DNA of 64,000 bases from Myxococcota bacterium (GTDB lineage Bacteria > Myxococcota_A > UBA796 > SXON01). The stretch lies in assembly GCA_040386535.1 (NCBI GenBank), contig JAZKFH010000003.1, forward strand, positions 160,001-224,000, in the 5' to 3' direction. Below, piece by piece: positions 44,974 to 54,227 of this stretch. How positions within the stretch are numbered: the stretch's first letter is position 1; every line of letters begins with the position of its first letter. The notes under the pieces are model-generated. The model was not told the origin of the DNA. It did not search any database and saw only the letters and a list, made by a program, of their open reading frames with translations. The position numbers and the translations under genes were made by a program.

Positions 44974-46452
44974 GTGAACGTTCGCCTCTCCGACCTCGCC
45001 GCGTCCCTCCTGCTTCCCCTGATCGGGGGCTGTATCGGCGCGCCCGACCCGATCGGGCCGGTGGATCCCCCCCGGGTGAACGCGGCCGTCGGTGACGACA
45101 CCAGCGAGACCGACGAAACCGACGAGACCGACGAGACCGACGAGACCGACGAGCCCGAAGAGACGGACACCGAAACCGGGGAGAGCGGCGACACCGACAC
45201 CGGCGTCTCGACGGACACGGGGGAGACCGACGTCTCGACGGAGACGGGCGTTTCCACCGAGACCGGCGTCTCCATCGACACGGGCGAGATCGACACCGAT
45301 CCCTCCGACGACACCGCCGTCGCGCCCGACACCGCCGTCGCGCCCGACACCGCCGTGTCGATCGACACCGCCGCACCCGACACCGCCGTGTTGATCGACA
45401 CGGCCCCTCCCGACACCGCCGTGTCGATCGACACCGGCGCGCGTGACATCGAACCCGACGTCGTCGCCACGCCGCCCGAGGACACGGGTGGCGCGGATGC
45501 CCATCCGCCGGACAGCGCGTCGCCGGACAGCGCCACCTTCGAGATCGAAGCGCCGGGCGAAACCAGTGCCCCCCTCGACACCAGCGACACCAGCGACACC
45601 GCCGCGCCCGTCGACACCGCCGACACCGCCACCACCTCGGTCACCCGCTTCGTCGCCCTGGGGGACGCCGGGAACGGCGGACCGGGGCAACAGGCGGTGG
45701 CGGACGCGATCGCGGTCGTCTGCGCGGCCCAAGGCTGCGACTTCGCCCTCTACCTGGGCGACAACATCTACCCGTCGGGGGTCACCAGCGTCATCGACCC
45801 GCAGTGGGTCGACAAGTTCGAGACCCCCTACGCCGCCCTGTCGTTCGACTTCTACGCGATCCTCGGCAACCACGACTATGGCGGCGGCTTCGACACCGCG
45901 CGCGCCCAGGCCCAGGTGGACTACTCGGCCACCTCGACCAAGTGGGTCATGCCAGACACGTTCTGGTCGCAGACCCTGGGTGACCTGACCCTGTTCGGCA
46001 TCGACACGCAGGCCCTCACCACCGGGTTCACCGCGGACCAGGAGGCCTGGTTCCCCGTGGAGCTCGCGGCGAGTACGACGACGTGGAACTTCGTCCTCGG
46101 ACATCACCCGTACCTCTCCAACGGCCCCCACGGGAACGCCGGCGAGTACGACGGTCGGTTGGGAGAGGGCACCGAGGTCCAGTCGTTCTTCGACGACCAC
46201 ATGTGTGACCGGGTCGACGTGTTCCTCTCCGGCCACGACCACTCGCTCCAGTGGCTCGAGAGCCCCTGCGACACGCAGCTCATCGTGTCAGGCGGCGGCG
46301 GCAGCGCCTCGATCCTCGTGGGCGACAACCCGACCTTCTACGAGTCCGACCAGACCGGCTTCTTGTGGGTCGAGCTCGACGGGAACACGTTCACCGGCGT
46401 GTTCTACGACCACGTCGGCGCCGAGCTGTACCGCTACAGCTACACCAAGTAG
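44974..46452 (+). CDS. Lipoprotein metallophosphoesterase (purple acid phosphatase/TRAP-like) with Asp/Thr-rich linker
   Basis: LIGGC lipobox; LGDAG, LGDNIY, GNHD, GHHP, SGHDH metal ligands. Confidence 0.9.
   Translation: MNVRLSDLAASLLLPLIGGCIGAPDPIGPVDPPRVNAAVGDDTSETDETDETDETDETDEPEETDTETGESGDTDTGVSTDTGETDVSTETGVSTETGVSIDTGEIDTDPSDDTAVAPDTAVAPDTAVSIDTAAPDTAVLIDTAPPDTAVSIDTGARDIEPDVVATPPEDTGGADAHPPDSASPDSATFEIEAPGETSAPLDTSDTSDTAAPVDTADTATTSVTRFVALGDAGNGGPGQQAVADAIAVVCAAQGCDFALYLGDNIYPSGVTSVIDPQWVDKFETPYAALSFDFYAILGNHDYGGGFDTARAQAQVDYSATSTKWVMPDTFWSQTLGDLTLFGIDTQALTTGFTADQEAWFPVELAASTTTWNFVLGHHPYLSNGPHGNAGEYDGRLGEGTEVQSFFDDHMCDRVDVFLSGHDHSLQWLESPCDTQLIVSGGGGSASILVGDNPTFYESDQTGFLWVELDGNTFTGVFYDHVGAELYRYSYTK
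45106..45150 (+). repeat. Five 9-bp coding tandem repeats (ETD)
   Basis: gagaccgac units with one gaa variant; 18-bp DTAVAP units follow at 45310-45356. Confidence 0.9.
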
Positions 46453-46455
46453 AAG

Positions 46456-47238
46456 CTACCGACGGGGCTGCGGAAACGTCTTCTGTGGGCGGGGCTGGGG
46501 CTTGATGCCCTGCATCTCCATGAGGCGCTCGCGCGGAATGTCCTCCGGGAACATCTGGAACCAGGACTCGCCCAGCACCTTCATGTCGGGGCGCTTGCGG
46601 TTGGCGAGCGCCTCCTGGAGCTCCTTGAGCGCCTTGTTGTCCTTGTTCGCGGCGAGGCCGCGGCCGATGACCTGAAGCGCCTCGTCGCGGCGCTTCGCCT
46701 CGTTCAGGACGTAGGTGTACAGGCCCCAGTAGAGGGCCTCGCCGTTGCCGGGGCCGCTCGCCGCCTCCAGCACCTTCACCGCGTCGTCCGGGCGCCCCTC
46801 GCGGTGGTGGATGGCCGCCAACGTGGCCTTGGCCCGCCAATCGCGCGACCACGCCTTCTCGAGGTGGGCACGACCCGAGGCGAAGCTCGCCTTGGCCTGG
46901 GTCGGGTGCTTCTGCACCGTGTGGCCGACGCCCTGGAGGTAGTCGAGCGAGCCCATCTGCGAGTGGATCTGCTCGGCCACGAGGATCTGCCACTTTCCGA
47001 GCGGCATGGCCGCCTCGAGCGCGGCGCGCGCCTCGTCGATCTTGCCGGCCTGGAGCTGCACCATGGCGCCCTGGAACAGGGCCTCCAACTGCTTGCCCGT
47101 GCGCCGCGCCAGCAGGATGAACACCACCACGAACGCGAGCAGGGCGGGCAGGAACCCGGCGAACAAGTTGTCGGTGACGAGGTAGCCCAGCAGGTAGCCG
47201 AGCACCGCCGCACCGCTCGCGATCAGGATGTTGTACAT
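46456..47238 (-). CDS. Membrane-anchored TPR-like protein
   Basis: Two N-terminal TM helices followed by helical repeats. Confidence 0.72.
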   Translation of the reverse strand: MYNILIASGAAVLGYLLGYLVTDNLFAGFLPALLAFVVVFILLARRTGKQLEALFQGAMVQLQAGKIDEARAALEAAMPLGKWQILVAEQIHSQMGSLDYLQGVGHTVQKHPTQAKASFASGRAHLEKAWSRDWRAKATLAAIHHREGRPDDAVKVLEAASGPGNGEALYWGLYTYVLNEAKRRDEALQVIGRGLAANKDNKALKELQEALANRKRPDMKVLGESWFQMFPEDIPRERLMEMQGIKPQPRPQKTFPQPRR

Positions 47239-47293
47239 CGGCGCCCTCTAACGCGTTCGACGCCCACGGCGCGCGGTCGAGGTGCGGCTCCGA

Positions 47294-47884
47294 CTACTCG
47301 GAGAAGCCGGTGTCGAACCCGTCGATCTGCAGCGTTCCCGACAGCTCGCCGGTGGCGTTCTCGAGCATGCCGGACGTGGCCGTGCCGTCCTCCGCGGTGC
47401 CGGTGAACGTGTCCGAGTAGGTGAACGTGCCGTTGAGGTGGTCGCCCACGTAGACCATGGACGCGTCGTAGACGAAGGCGTGCATCGTGTCGGACGTGGT
47501 CTCGAAGTTGCCCTCGATGTGCATCGCGAACACGTTGCAATCGTCCGCGGACGAGGTGAGCGAGCCGGCGAACGGCTGGGTGGTGCCGACGAGCCCGTCG
47601 GGGCCGGACTGGGGCTCGGCCACGTCAGTGATGTCCGCGTTGATGGTATCAGTCCCGGACGACCAGTTGATCTTCCACTTCGACCAACCGTTGATGAACA
47701 CCTCGTAGCTCGGGTAGTTCTCGGACACGGTGGCCCCGCCGCCCTCGCCGGTGTTCAGCGCGGTGTGCCACATGGCGTAGGTGCCGTTGACGCGGGAGGA
47801 GTCGGCACAGTCGGAGTCACAGCCCGAGGCGAGGAGCGCGAGCGCAAGCCCAAACAGCGAGACGGGCGGGACGATGCGGACCAT
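47294..47884 (-). CDS. Hypothetical beta-rich lipoprotein
   Basis: ATG 47884; LALLASGC lipobox. Confidence 0.72.
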   Translation of the reverse strand: MVRIVPPVSLFGLALALLASGCDSDCADSSRVNGTYAMWHTALNTGEGGGATVSENYPSYEVFINGWSKWKINWSSGTDTINADITDVAEPQSGPDGLVGTTQPFAGSLTSSADDCNVFAMHIEGNFETTSDTMHAFVYDASMVYVGDHLNGTFTYSDTFTGTAEDGTATSGMLENATGELSGTLQIDGFDTGFSE

Positions 47885-47949
47885 ACGAGGAGCTCCCCTT
47901 CGGCCGCGCGACGATAGCACAACCCCCCAGAGCTGTGTACGTGCCCACC

Positions 47950-48414
47950 ATGTCCGTGGCCTTCCCCGCGCTCGACGCGAGCCGATGTACACACTGCGGC
48001 GCCTGCGAAGTCGCGTGTGTGGAGTCGCGGTACGGCCTGACGGGGCTCCTGCCCGACGACGACGTGGTGTTGGAGCGCCGGCGCCTCGCGGTCCGCGTCG
48101 TCGCGGACGTGCCGACGTTGAACGTGTGTGTGCACTGCCCGGACAGCCCGTGCATCGCCGTCTGCCCGCACCACGCGCTCCTCCGCTTCCCCGACGGGCG
48201 TGTCGAGCTGGTCGAGGACCGCTGCACCGGCTGCGGCTCGTGCATCACGGCGTGCCCCTACCGCGCCATCCGCCGTGTCACTGCGCTGAGCATCGCCGTG
48301 AAGTGTGACGGCTGCCGGACACAGGCGGGCGGACCGGCATGTGCGCCCGCTTGCCCCACGGGCGCGCTGACGATGACAGCGATCTCGATTGACGCGCTGG
48401 CACCGCGTCGGTAG
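47950..48414 (+). CDS. Four-cluster 4Fe-4S electron-transfer protein (HydN/CooF/DmsB family)
   Basis: CTHCGACEVAC, CVHC..PC..VCP, CTGCGSCITACP, KCDGC..PAC..ACPTGAL (16 Cys). Confidence 0.92.
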   Translation: MSVAFPALDASRCTHCGACEVACVESRYGLTGLLPDDDVVLERRRLAVRVVADVPTLNVCVHCPDSPCIAVCPHHALLRFPDGRVELVEDRCTGCGSCITACPYRAIRRVTALSIAVKCDGCRTQAGGPACAPACPTGALTMTAISIDALAPRR

Positions 48415-48423
48415 AACGGCGGC

Positions 48424-49074
48424 ATGGCCTCGAACATCGAGCTTCGCTGCTTCACGTACATCGACATCCTCCAGCCGCAGACCGCCGCCTTCCTCGGCAC
48501 GGTCTCCCGCGGCTACATGCCCCTGAAGAACCAGGCCGCCCTCTTCTTCGAGGTCGCGCCGGGGATGGACATCAACCTCATCACCGACATCGCGCTCAAG
48601 AACACGAGCTGCACCCCGGGAATGCAGGTGGTGGAGCGGCAGTTCGGCTGCCTCCAGCTCCAGCACTTCGACCAGGGCCAGGTGCGCGCCGCTGGCGACG
48701 CCGTGCTCGACGCGCTCACGCTGAAGGAGTCGGATCGCCTCCGCCCTCGCGTCGTGAGCGCCCAGACGATCAACGGGATCACCGGCTACCACTCGCAGAT
48801 CGTGAACCGCTTCCGGCACGGCAACTTCATCGACGAGGGCGCCACGCTCTACGTCCTCGAGGTGCACCCCGCCGGCTACGCGCTCATCGCGACCAACGAG
48901 GCCGAAAAAGCCGCCAACATCAACGTGTTGGAGATGATCTCGTTCGGCGCGTTCGGTCGCGTGTACCTCTCCGGCTCCGAGGACGAGGTGGCCGAGGCCG
49001 CCAAGGCCGCGCTCGCCGCGCTCGAAGCGATCGACGGCCGCCCGAACGAAGGGCCGGCGCCGGTTTTCTACTAG
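48424..49074 (+). CDS. Bacterial microcompartment trimeric shell protein (BMC-T, CsoS1D/CcmP-like)
   Basis: ELR..IDILQPQ, EVAPG, TDIALK, QVVERQFG, LEVHPAGY, NEAEKAA, FGAFGRVYLSG tandem BMC signature. Confidence 0.92.
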   Translation: MASNIELRCFTYIDILQPQTAAFLGTVSRGYMPLKNQAALFFEVAPGMDINLITDIALKNTSCTPGMQVVERQFGCLQLQHFDQGQVRAAGDAVLDALTLKESDRLRPRVVSAQTINGITGYHSQIVNRFRHGNFIDEGATLYVLEVHPAGYALIATNEAEKAANINVLEMISFGAFGRVYLSGSEDEVAEAAKAALAALEAIDGRPNEGPAPVFY

Positions 49075-49141
49075 GCGCAACGGCCGGTACACCACGGGGT
49101 TCCGGGGGCGTTGCGGGGGGGACCCCCGCCCCAAGAAATCC

Positions 49142-50725
49142 CTACGGCAACACCACCGGCGAGCCGTGCTTGCGCGGGTCCGAGGCCGCGTCGAACCCCT
49201 CCCCCGTGCGCCGCACCGCCTGCACGGCCGAGAAGGCCGGCAGCTCCTTGAGCACGTGACCGTGGGCCTCGAACGTGGCCTTGTCGGGGTGGCCCGACTC
49301 GAGCATCAGCACGTTCGGGAGCCATTGGTGGTGCCACCGCGGGGCGCCTACCGCCGCCGCTGGCGTGAGGCCCCGGTCGAGGACGCCGCGGACGACCTGG
49401 AACGTCGCGCTGATGATGGTGGGGCCGCCGCTGGCGCCGACCGCGAGCTCCGGGCGGCCGTCCACGCCGAGGACGACGGTGGGCGTCATGCTCGAGAGCG
49501 GGCGGCGGCCGGGCGCCACCGCGTTGGTCTCGCCCTGGACCAGCCCGAAGGCGTTCGGCACGCCGGGGCGCGTGGCGAAGTCGTCCATCTCGTTGTTCAG
49601 CAGGATGCCGGAGCGGGGCGCGATCACCTTGCTGCCGAAGGTCGTGTTGATGGTCGTCGTGAGCGCCACGGCCATCCCGTTGCCGTCGATGACGCTGATG
49701 TGGAGCGTGCCGGCGTCCTGCGCCGGGGCGACGGGCGGGGCGTAGTGCTCCGGCGGGAAGGTGGTGGGGCCACAATCCGCGCGGATCGCGGCGATGCGCT
49801 CGGGCGAGAGCAGGCGCGAAACGTCGACCGGCACGAACGAGGGGTCGCCGCCGTACGCCGCGCGGTCGGCCATGGCGTGTTTGGCGGCCTCGACGGCGCA
49901 GTGCGGATCGGCCACGCCCTCGGTGGCGCCGAGCATCTGGAGGAGCGCGATGCCCCCCGAGGACGGCGGCGGCATCGTGATCACGGCGTGGCCCGCGTAC
50001 GTGCCGCGCAGGGGCTCGCGCTCGACGACCGTGTACGCGGCGAGGTCCGCCATCGTGAGCACCCCGCCGGCCGCGCGCGCGGCGGAGACCATGTCCTCGG
50101 CGACCCACCCGGTCCGGAACGCCTCGCCGCGGGTCGAGACCCAGGCCCCCAGCGCCTCGGCGAGCCCAGCGCGCACGTTGCCCGGCGCGAACAAGGCGGA
50201 CATCTCGGGGGCGCGGAGCAGCGCCTCGGCGAGGTGCGGCCCGGTCTCGAAGCCCGCGGTGGCCTGCGCGATCGCGGGCGCGGCGACGGCGCCCAACGAC
50301 GCCTTGCCGAACCGCTCGTGCAGCTTCGCCAGCCCGATGCCCTCGGACGGAACGGCGACCGCGAGCCCGCCCTTCGTGCTCGAGGCGCCCTCGGCGAGGA
50401 ACATGTCGCGGGTGGCGGCGGCCGGCGCGACCTCGCGGAAGTCGAAGGTCGTGGCCTGGCCGTCCGGGGTCACGACCACGGCGAACCCACCCCCGCCCAG
50501 GCCCGAGCCCGGGGGTTGCACCACGCCCGAGGACAACGCGGCGGCGATCGCGGCGTCGACGGCGTTGCCGCCCGCCCGCAAGACGTCGGCCCCCGCGCGG
50601 CTCGCCAACGGATGGTCGGCGGCGACGGCGCCGGCGACCGGAGCGGCCGTAGGAGCGGGCGCGGTCGCACAGGCGCCCAGCATGGCCAGCGGAGCGAGCC
50701 GAGCGATCAACGGAGCGAGAGCCAT
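49142..50725 (-). CDS. ggt: Gamma-glutamyltransferase (lipoprotein)
   Basis: GGNAVDAA, SGLGGGGF, DFREVAP, PPPSSGG, TLHISV nucleophile Thr, LNNEMDDF, PLSSMTP. Confidence 0.95.
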   Translation of the reverse strand: MALAPLIARLAPLAMLGACATAPAPTAAPVAGAVAADHPLASRAGADVLRAGGNAVDAAIAAALSSGVVQPPGSGLGGGGFAVVVTPDGQATTFDFREVAPAAATRDMFLAEGASSTKGGLAVAVPSEGIGLAKLHERFGKASLGAVAAPAIAQATAGFETGPHLAEALLRAPEMSALFAPGNVRAGLAEALGAWVSTRGEAFRTGWVAEDMVSAARAAGGVLTMADLAAYTVVEREPLRGTYAGHAVITMPPPSSGGIALLQMLGATEGVADPHCAVEAAKHAMADRAAYGGDPSFVPVDVSRLLSPERIAAIRADCGPTTFPPEHYAPPVAPAQDAGTLHISVIDGNGMAVALTTTINTTFGSKVIAPRSGILLNNEMDDFATRPGVPNAFGLVQGETNAVAPGRRPLSSMTPTVVLGVDGRPELAVGASGGPTIISATFQVVRGVLDRGLTPAAAVGAPRWHHQWLPNVLMLESGHPDKATFEAHGHVLKELPAFSAVQAVRRTGEGFDAASDPRKHGSPVVLP

Positions 50726-51612
50726 GCGGTCACCAGTCCAATCTGGACGAGCCAGAGGGGGAGGCCGACGCGCAGGCGGCTCCCGGAGAGGAGGAGCAGG
50801 GGGAGCCCACCACCGACGGCGAGGCCCGCGCGGATCGCGACCGGGAGCGTGTCTCCCCGCAAGGACAGCGCGCGCAGCTCGATCTCGCGCGCGGCGAGCG
50901 CCAGGAGACCTTCGTCACCGATCGCGCCGCCGACCACGGCGCCCGCATAGACCATCAGATCGCCGTGCGCGGTCGCGAGGAGCGGCACCTGCTCGAGCCC
51001 GGTGGCGATGAGCTCCAGCGCCCCGCTCAACACCGCGAGCCACACGACGATCGCGCCGAGCATCGGTACGACCATCGCCCGCCGGACCGCGGACCAGGTC
51101 GGCGGGGCGCGCTCGACCGCGCCGCCGCCACCCACGAACCCGACCAGGGCGAGCACCAGGCCCATCCCGACGAACTCCGGCCCGCCCCAGCCGAGGACCA
51201 GGGGCGCGGCCCCGCTGGTGACACCGACCAGGGACGCGCCGCTGGCCGCGATCACGAGCCGCGCGCGCCGCGACGGATCGGGCTCCGCGACGGCGAGCCC
51301 CATGGCGACGAAACGATCGCCGAACACGGCCGTGAGGAGGACGACCAGGGGCCACGCGCGGACCCGCAGCCAGGCGGAGTCGGCGTGGGCGGCCCACACG
51401 GCCAGGAGGAAGGCCGACACCCACGGCGCGTCCGCCGCGAGCGACGAGAGCGCCCACGACGGCGCGAGGGCGCCCAGGTAGATGGCGACGCCCACCCCTG
51501 CGATGACGCCGGCCGGGAGCCAGCCCCACAAGCGGCGGAGCTGCGCCAGGACCATCAAGAGGCCCGTCAGGCCGCCGAGCACCGCGGCGTTTCGCCAGGC
51601 CTCGACCATCAT
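50707..51612 (-). CDS. Polytopic membrane protein, weakly ArsB/NhaD (IT superfamily)-like
   Basis: About 8-9 hydrophobic segments; overlaps both neighbours. Confidence 0.6.
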   Translation of the reverse strand: MMVEAWRNAAVLGGLTGLLMVLAQLRRLWGWLPAGVIAGVGVAIYLGALAPSWALSSLAADAPWVSAFLLAVWAAHADSAWLRVRAWPLVVLLTAVFGDRFVAMGLAVAEPDPSRRARLVIAASGASLVGVTSGAAPLVLGWGGPEFVGMGLVLALVGFVGGGGAVERAPPTWSAVRRAMVVPMLGAIVVWLAVLSGALELIATGLEQVPLLATAHGDLMVYAGAVVGGAIGDEGLLALAAREIELRALSLRGDTLPVAIRAGLAVGGGLPLLLLSGSRLRVGLPLWLVQIGLVTAWLSLR

Positions 51613-52373
51613 CGGTCGTCGCGATCCACCACGGGGTTGGCGAGGGAGCCGATGCCTTCGATCTCGATGACCACGCGGTCACCCGCCACGAGCGGGCCGA
51701 CACCGGCGGGGGTGCCGGTCGCGATGACATCCCCCGGCTCGAGGGTCATCACCTGCGAGACGTAGGCCACGAGCGCCGCGACGCCGAACACCATGTCGGC
51801 GGTCGTGCCGTCCTGCCGCACCTGGTCGTTCACGAGGCAGCGGACGCGGAGGGCGCGCGGATCCACGCCGGTGACGACGGCCGGGCCGACCGGGCAGAAC
51901 GTGTCGAACCCCTTGGCGCGAGCGAACACGCCGTCCGCCTTCTGGAAGTCGCGCGCGGTCACGTCGTTGACGCAGGTGTACCCGAACACGTGGTCGAGCG
52001 CGTCGGCCTCGGACACGCGGCGCGCACGCCGGCCGATCACGATGCCGAGCTCGGCCTCGTGGTCCACCCGGGTGGTGCGCGGCGGGATCTCGATGCGTTC
52101 GTCGGGGCCCACCAGCGCGGAGGGGGCCTTGAGGAAGATCTTGGGCTCGGCGGGCACCGGCTTGCCCATCTCCGCGGCGTGGTCGCGGTAGTTGGACCCG
52201 ATGCCGATGATCTTGCCGGGCTCGACGGGGGCGAGGAGGCGGCCGAGCCGCACCTGGCCCGTCGGCACTCCACCCTTCCACGGCGCCGCGTTGAGCACCC
52301 GGAAGATCCCGCCCTCGTCGATCGCCCAGAACGGCGCTCCCTGGGCGAACGCGCGCACGTAACGGGTGATCAT
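51609..52373 (-). CDS. Fumarylacetoacetate hydrolase family protein
   Basis: KIIGIGSNYRDH, HEAELG, NDVTARD, AKGFDTFCP, GDVIATGTP. Confidence 0.95.
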   Translation of the reverse strand: MITRYVRAFAQGAPFWAIDEGGIFRVLNAAPWKGGVPTGQVRLGRLLAPVEPGKIIGIGSNYRDHAAEMGKPVPAEPKIFLKAPSALVGPDERIEIPPRTTRVDHEAELGIVIGRRARRVSEADALDHVFGYTCVNDVTARDFQKADGVFARAKGFDTFCPVGPAVVTGVDPRALRVRCLVNDQVRQDGTTADMVFGVAALVAYVSQVMTLEPGDVIATGTPAGVGPLVAGDRVVIEIEGIGSLANPVVDRDDR

Positions 52374-53158
52374 GCCTGGGCCTCCAGCTCCGTCATACAC
52401 TCGATGGGGTCGGCAGTGAAGAGCAGTAGCCCGCGCCAGACCCACTTCTGCCAGAGGTAATCGTCGATGGGCCCCTGCGCCGAGGCGAGGTGGCAGCGCG
52501 GAAGCTCCCCGCCGTACGCGTCGGACAGCTCGCCGAACAGGCGCTCGAACTCCTCCTCGTCCGGCCGGTAGCCGACGAACAGGATCACCTGGTTGCGCAC
52601 GAGCGTGCGCAGCTGCTTCTTCACGTCGTCCGGCAGCGGGCGCGCCGCGAAGTCGGCCGGGGTCAGCATGAGCCCCTCGGGCCGCTCGAAGCCACCACGC
52701 AACTTCACGAGCACGCGCCGCGTCGGATCGGCCTCGGGCAGGCGGTCCCCACGCGCGAGCACGTCGAGCCGCACGCCCGCTTGCGCCGCCGCGCGCTCGA
52801 TGAGGTCATCGGGATTGGTGGTGAAGATCATCGGAAAGTGCTTGAGCGCGCCCGTGTGCGCCAGGGTCGGCGCCACACCCGCCACGCCGATCCGGGTCTG
52901 CAGCTCACTCACGAGCTTCGCGCGCCCGTGGGCGGCCTCGAAGCCCGCGGCTCCCTCTTCAACGGAGGTCATCACGTGCTTGGGACGTTGGGCGGTACCA
53001 ACCCGGGGCTTGGTCCAACCGAGCGCCTTCGCGAGCGCCTTCGCGTCGGGGTACGCGGCCTCGGCCACCTCGGCGGCCTCCAGGCTCGCGCGCGAGCCGA
53101 GGAACACCACACACTTCTTCGCCTTGACGGCCTCGACAACCTCGACGGGGAGGTTCAA
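52370..53158 (-). CDS. Standalone SIR2-like (SIR2_2) protein with His-to-Arg at the usual catalytic position
   Basis: TTG 53158; CVVFLGSRAS, IFTTNPDDLIE, VKLRGG, ILFVGY follow SIR2_2 motif order. Confidence 0.8.
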   Translation of the reverse strand: MNLPVEVVEAVKAKKCVVFLGSRASLEAAEVAEAAYPDAKALAKALGWTKPRVGTAQRPKHVMTSVEEGAAGFEAAHGRAKLVSELQTRIGVAGVAPTLAHTGALKHFPMIFTTNPDDLIERAAAQAGVRLDVLARGDRLPEADPTRRVLVKLRGGFERPEGLMLTPADFAARPLPDDVKKQLRTLVRNQVILFVGYRPDEEEFERLFGELSDAYGGELPRCHLASAQGPIDDYLWQKWVWRGLLLFTADPIECMTELEAQA

Positions 53159-54147
53159 CGGTCCACCACGAGCGAGCGCGCGGTCGCGATGGCATCCCGA
53201 TCCCGACACACCGCGCCGACTTGCGACACGGTCAGCGCCGCCACGCGCGACCCGAGCTCGCCACACCGCTCGACGGGCCAACCGTGGAGCCACCCATAGA
53301 GGAAGCCGCCGGCGTATGCGTCCCCCGCGCCCGTCGTGTCCGCCACCGTGACCGGGTACACCGGGATGCGGTGGGTCACGCCGTCCTGGCGCACCAGCGA
53401 GCCCTCGCCGCCGAGCTTGACGACGGCGGAGGAGCACCAGCCGCCGAGCAGCTCGACCGCGCGCTCGGGCGGGAGCTCCGTGACCACCTCGGCCTCCTCG
53501 CGGTTGAGGAAGCAGATGTCGACGTACTTCTCGAGCAGCTCGCGAATGTCCGCGGTGATCGTGCGTGCCACGAACGGATCCGCCACGTCCAGCGAGATGG
53601 GGACGCCCGCCGCGCGCGCCACTTCGGCCGCCTCGAACGCCGCGTCGCGCACCGGCCCGCCGAGAAAGAGGTACCCGGTGAGGTGCAGCACCTTGGCTTT
53701 GCGGATGTGGTCCGCGAAGTCGCCGATCGTCGGCAGGTGCACGGCCGCGCCGAGGTCGGTGAGCATGGTGCGCTCGCCGTCGCGCGTGGAGATGAGGGAG
53801 AGGCACTTGCCCGTGGCGTGCTCCCCCGTCGTCTTGAGCGCGTGTACGCCACACACCTCGAGCATCGACCGGGAGTACATCTCGCCGTAGCTGTCGGACC
53901 CGATCTGCCCGCAGTAGAGCACCCGGCCGCCGAGCAGCCCGAGGGTCTGCACGGTGTTGGCGCAGGAGCCGCCCGAATAGACCTGGATGCCGAGCTTGTG
54001 CACGCGCTCGTAGGCGGCGTGCCAGGTGTCGTGGTCGACGGGATGCATCTGCCCGCGTGTCAGGCCAAGCTCGGCGATCACCGAGTCATCTACCCGCACG
54101 AGCGCGTCCATGATTGCGTTTCCGAGACCCACGGCATCGAAGGACAC
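53155..54147 (-). CDS. PfkB family kinase (adenosine kinase-like)
   Basis: GLGNAIMD, SGGSCANT, RTMLTDLGA, FLNREEA, DTTGAGDAYAGG. Confidence 0.93.
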   Translation of the reverse strand: MSFDAVGLGNAIMDALVRVDDSVIAELGLTRGQMHPVDHDTWHAAYERVHKLGIQVYSGGSCANTVQTLGLLGGRVLYCGQIGSDSYGEMYSRSMLEVCGVHALKTTGEHATGKCLSLISTRDGERTMLTDLGAAVHLPTIGDFADHIRKAKVLHLTGYLFLGGPVRDAAFEAAEVARAAGVPISLDVADPFVARTITADIRELLEKYVDICFLNREEAEVVTELPPERAVELLGGWCSSAVVKLGGEGSLVRQDGVTHRIPVYPVTVADTTGAGDAYAGGFLYGWLHGWPVERCGELGSRVAALTVSQVGAVCRDRDAIATARSLVVDR

Positions 54148-54227
54148 GTCGTCACCTCCCAAAGCGCGCCCCGTGTAGCGCGGGCTGCTTGAGGGCGCCA
54201 CGGCGGGCTCCGTGGTATCGTCGCGGC

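Noticed and set aside
45106..45430. CRISPR-like repeat array
   Set aside because: Repeats are in-frame 9- and 18-bp coding units without unique spacers; no cas genes
49095..49140. G/C-rich palindrome between BMC-T and ggt as a REP element
   Set aside because: Single copy in the window; adequately explained as a hairpin between convergent genes
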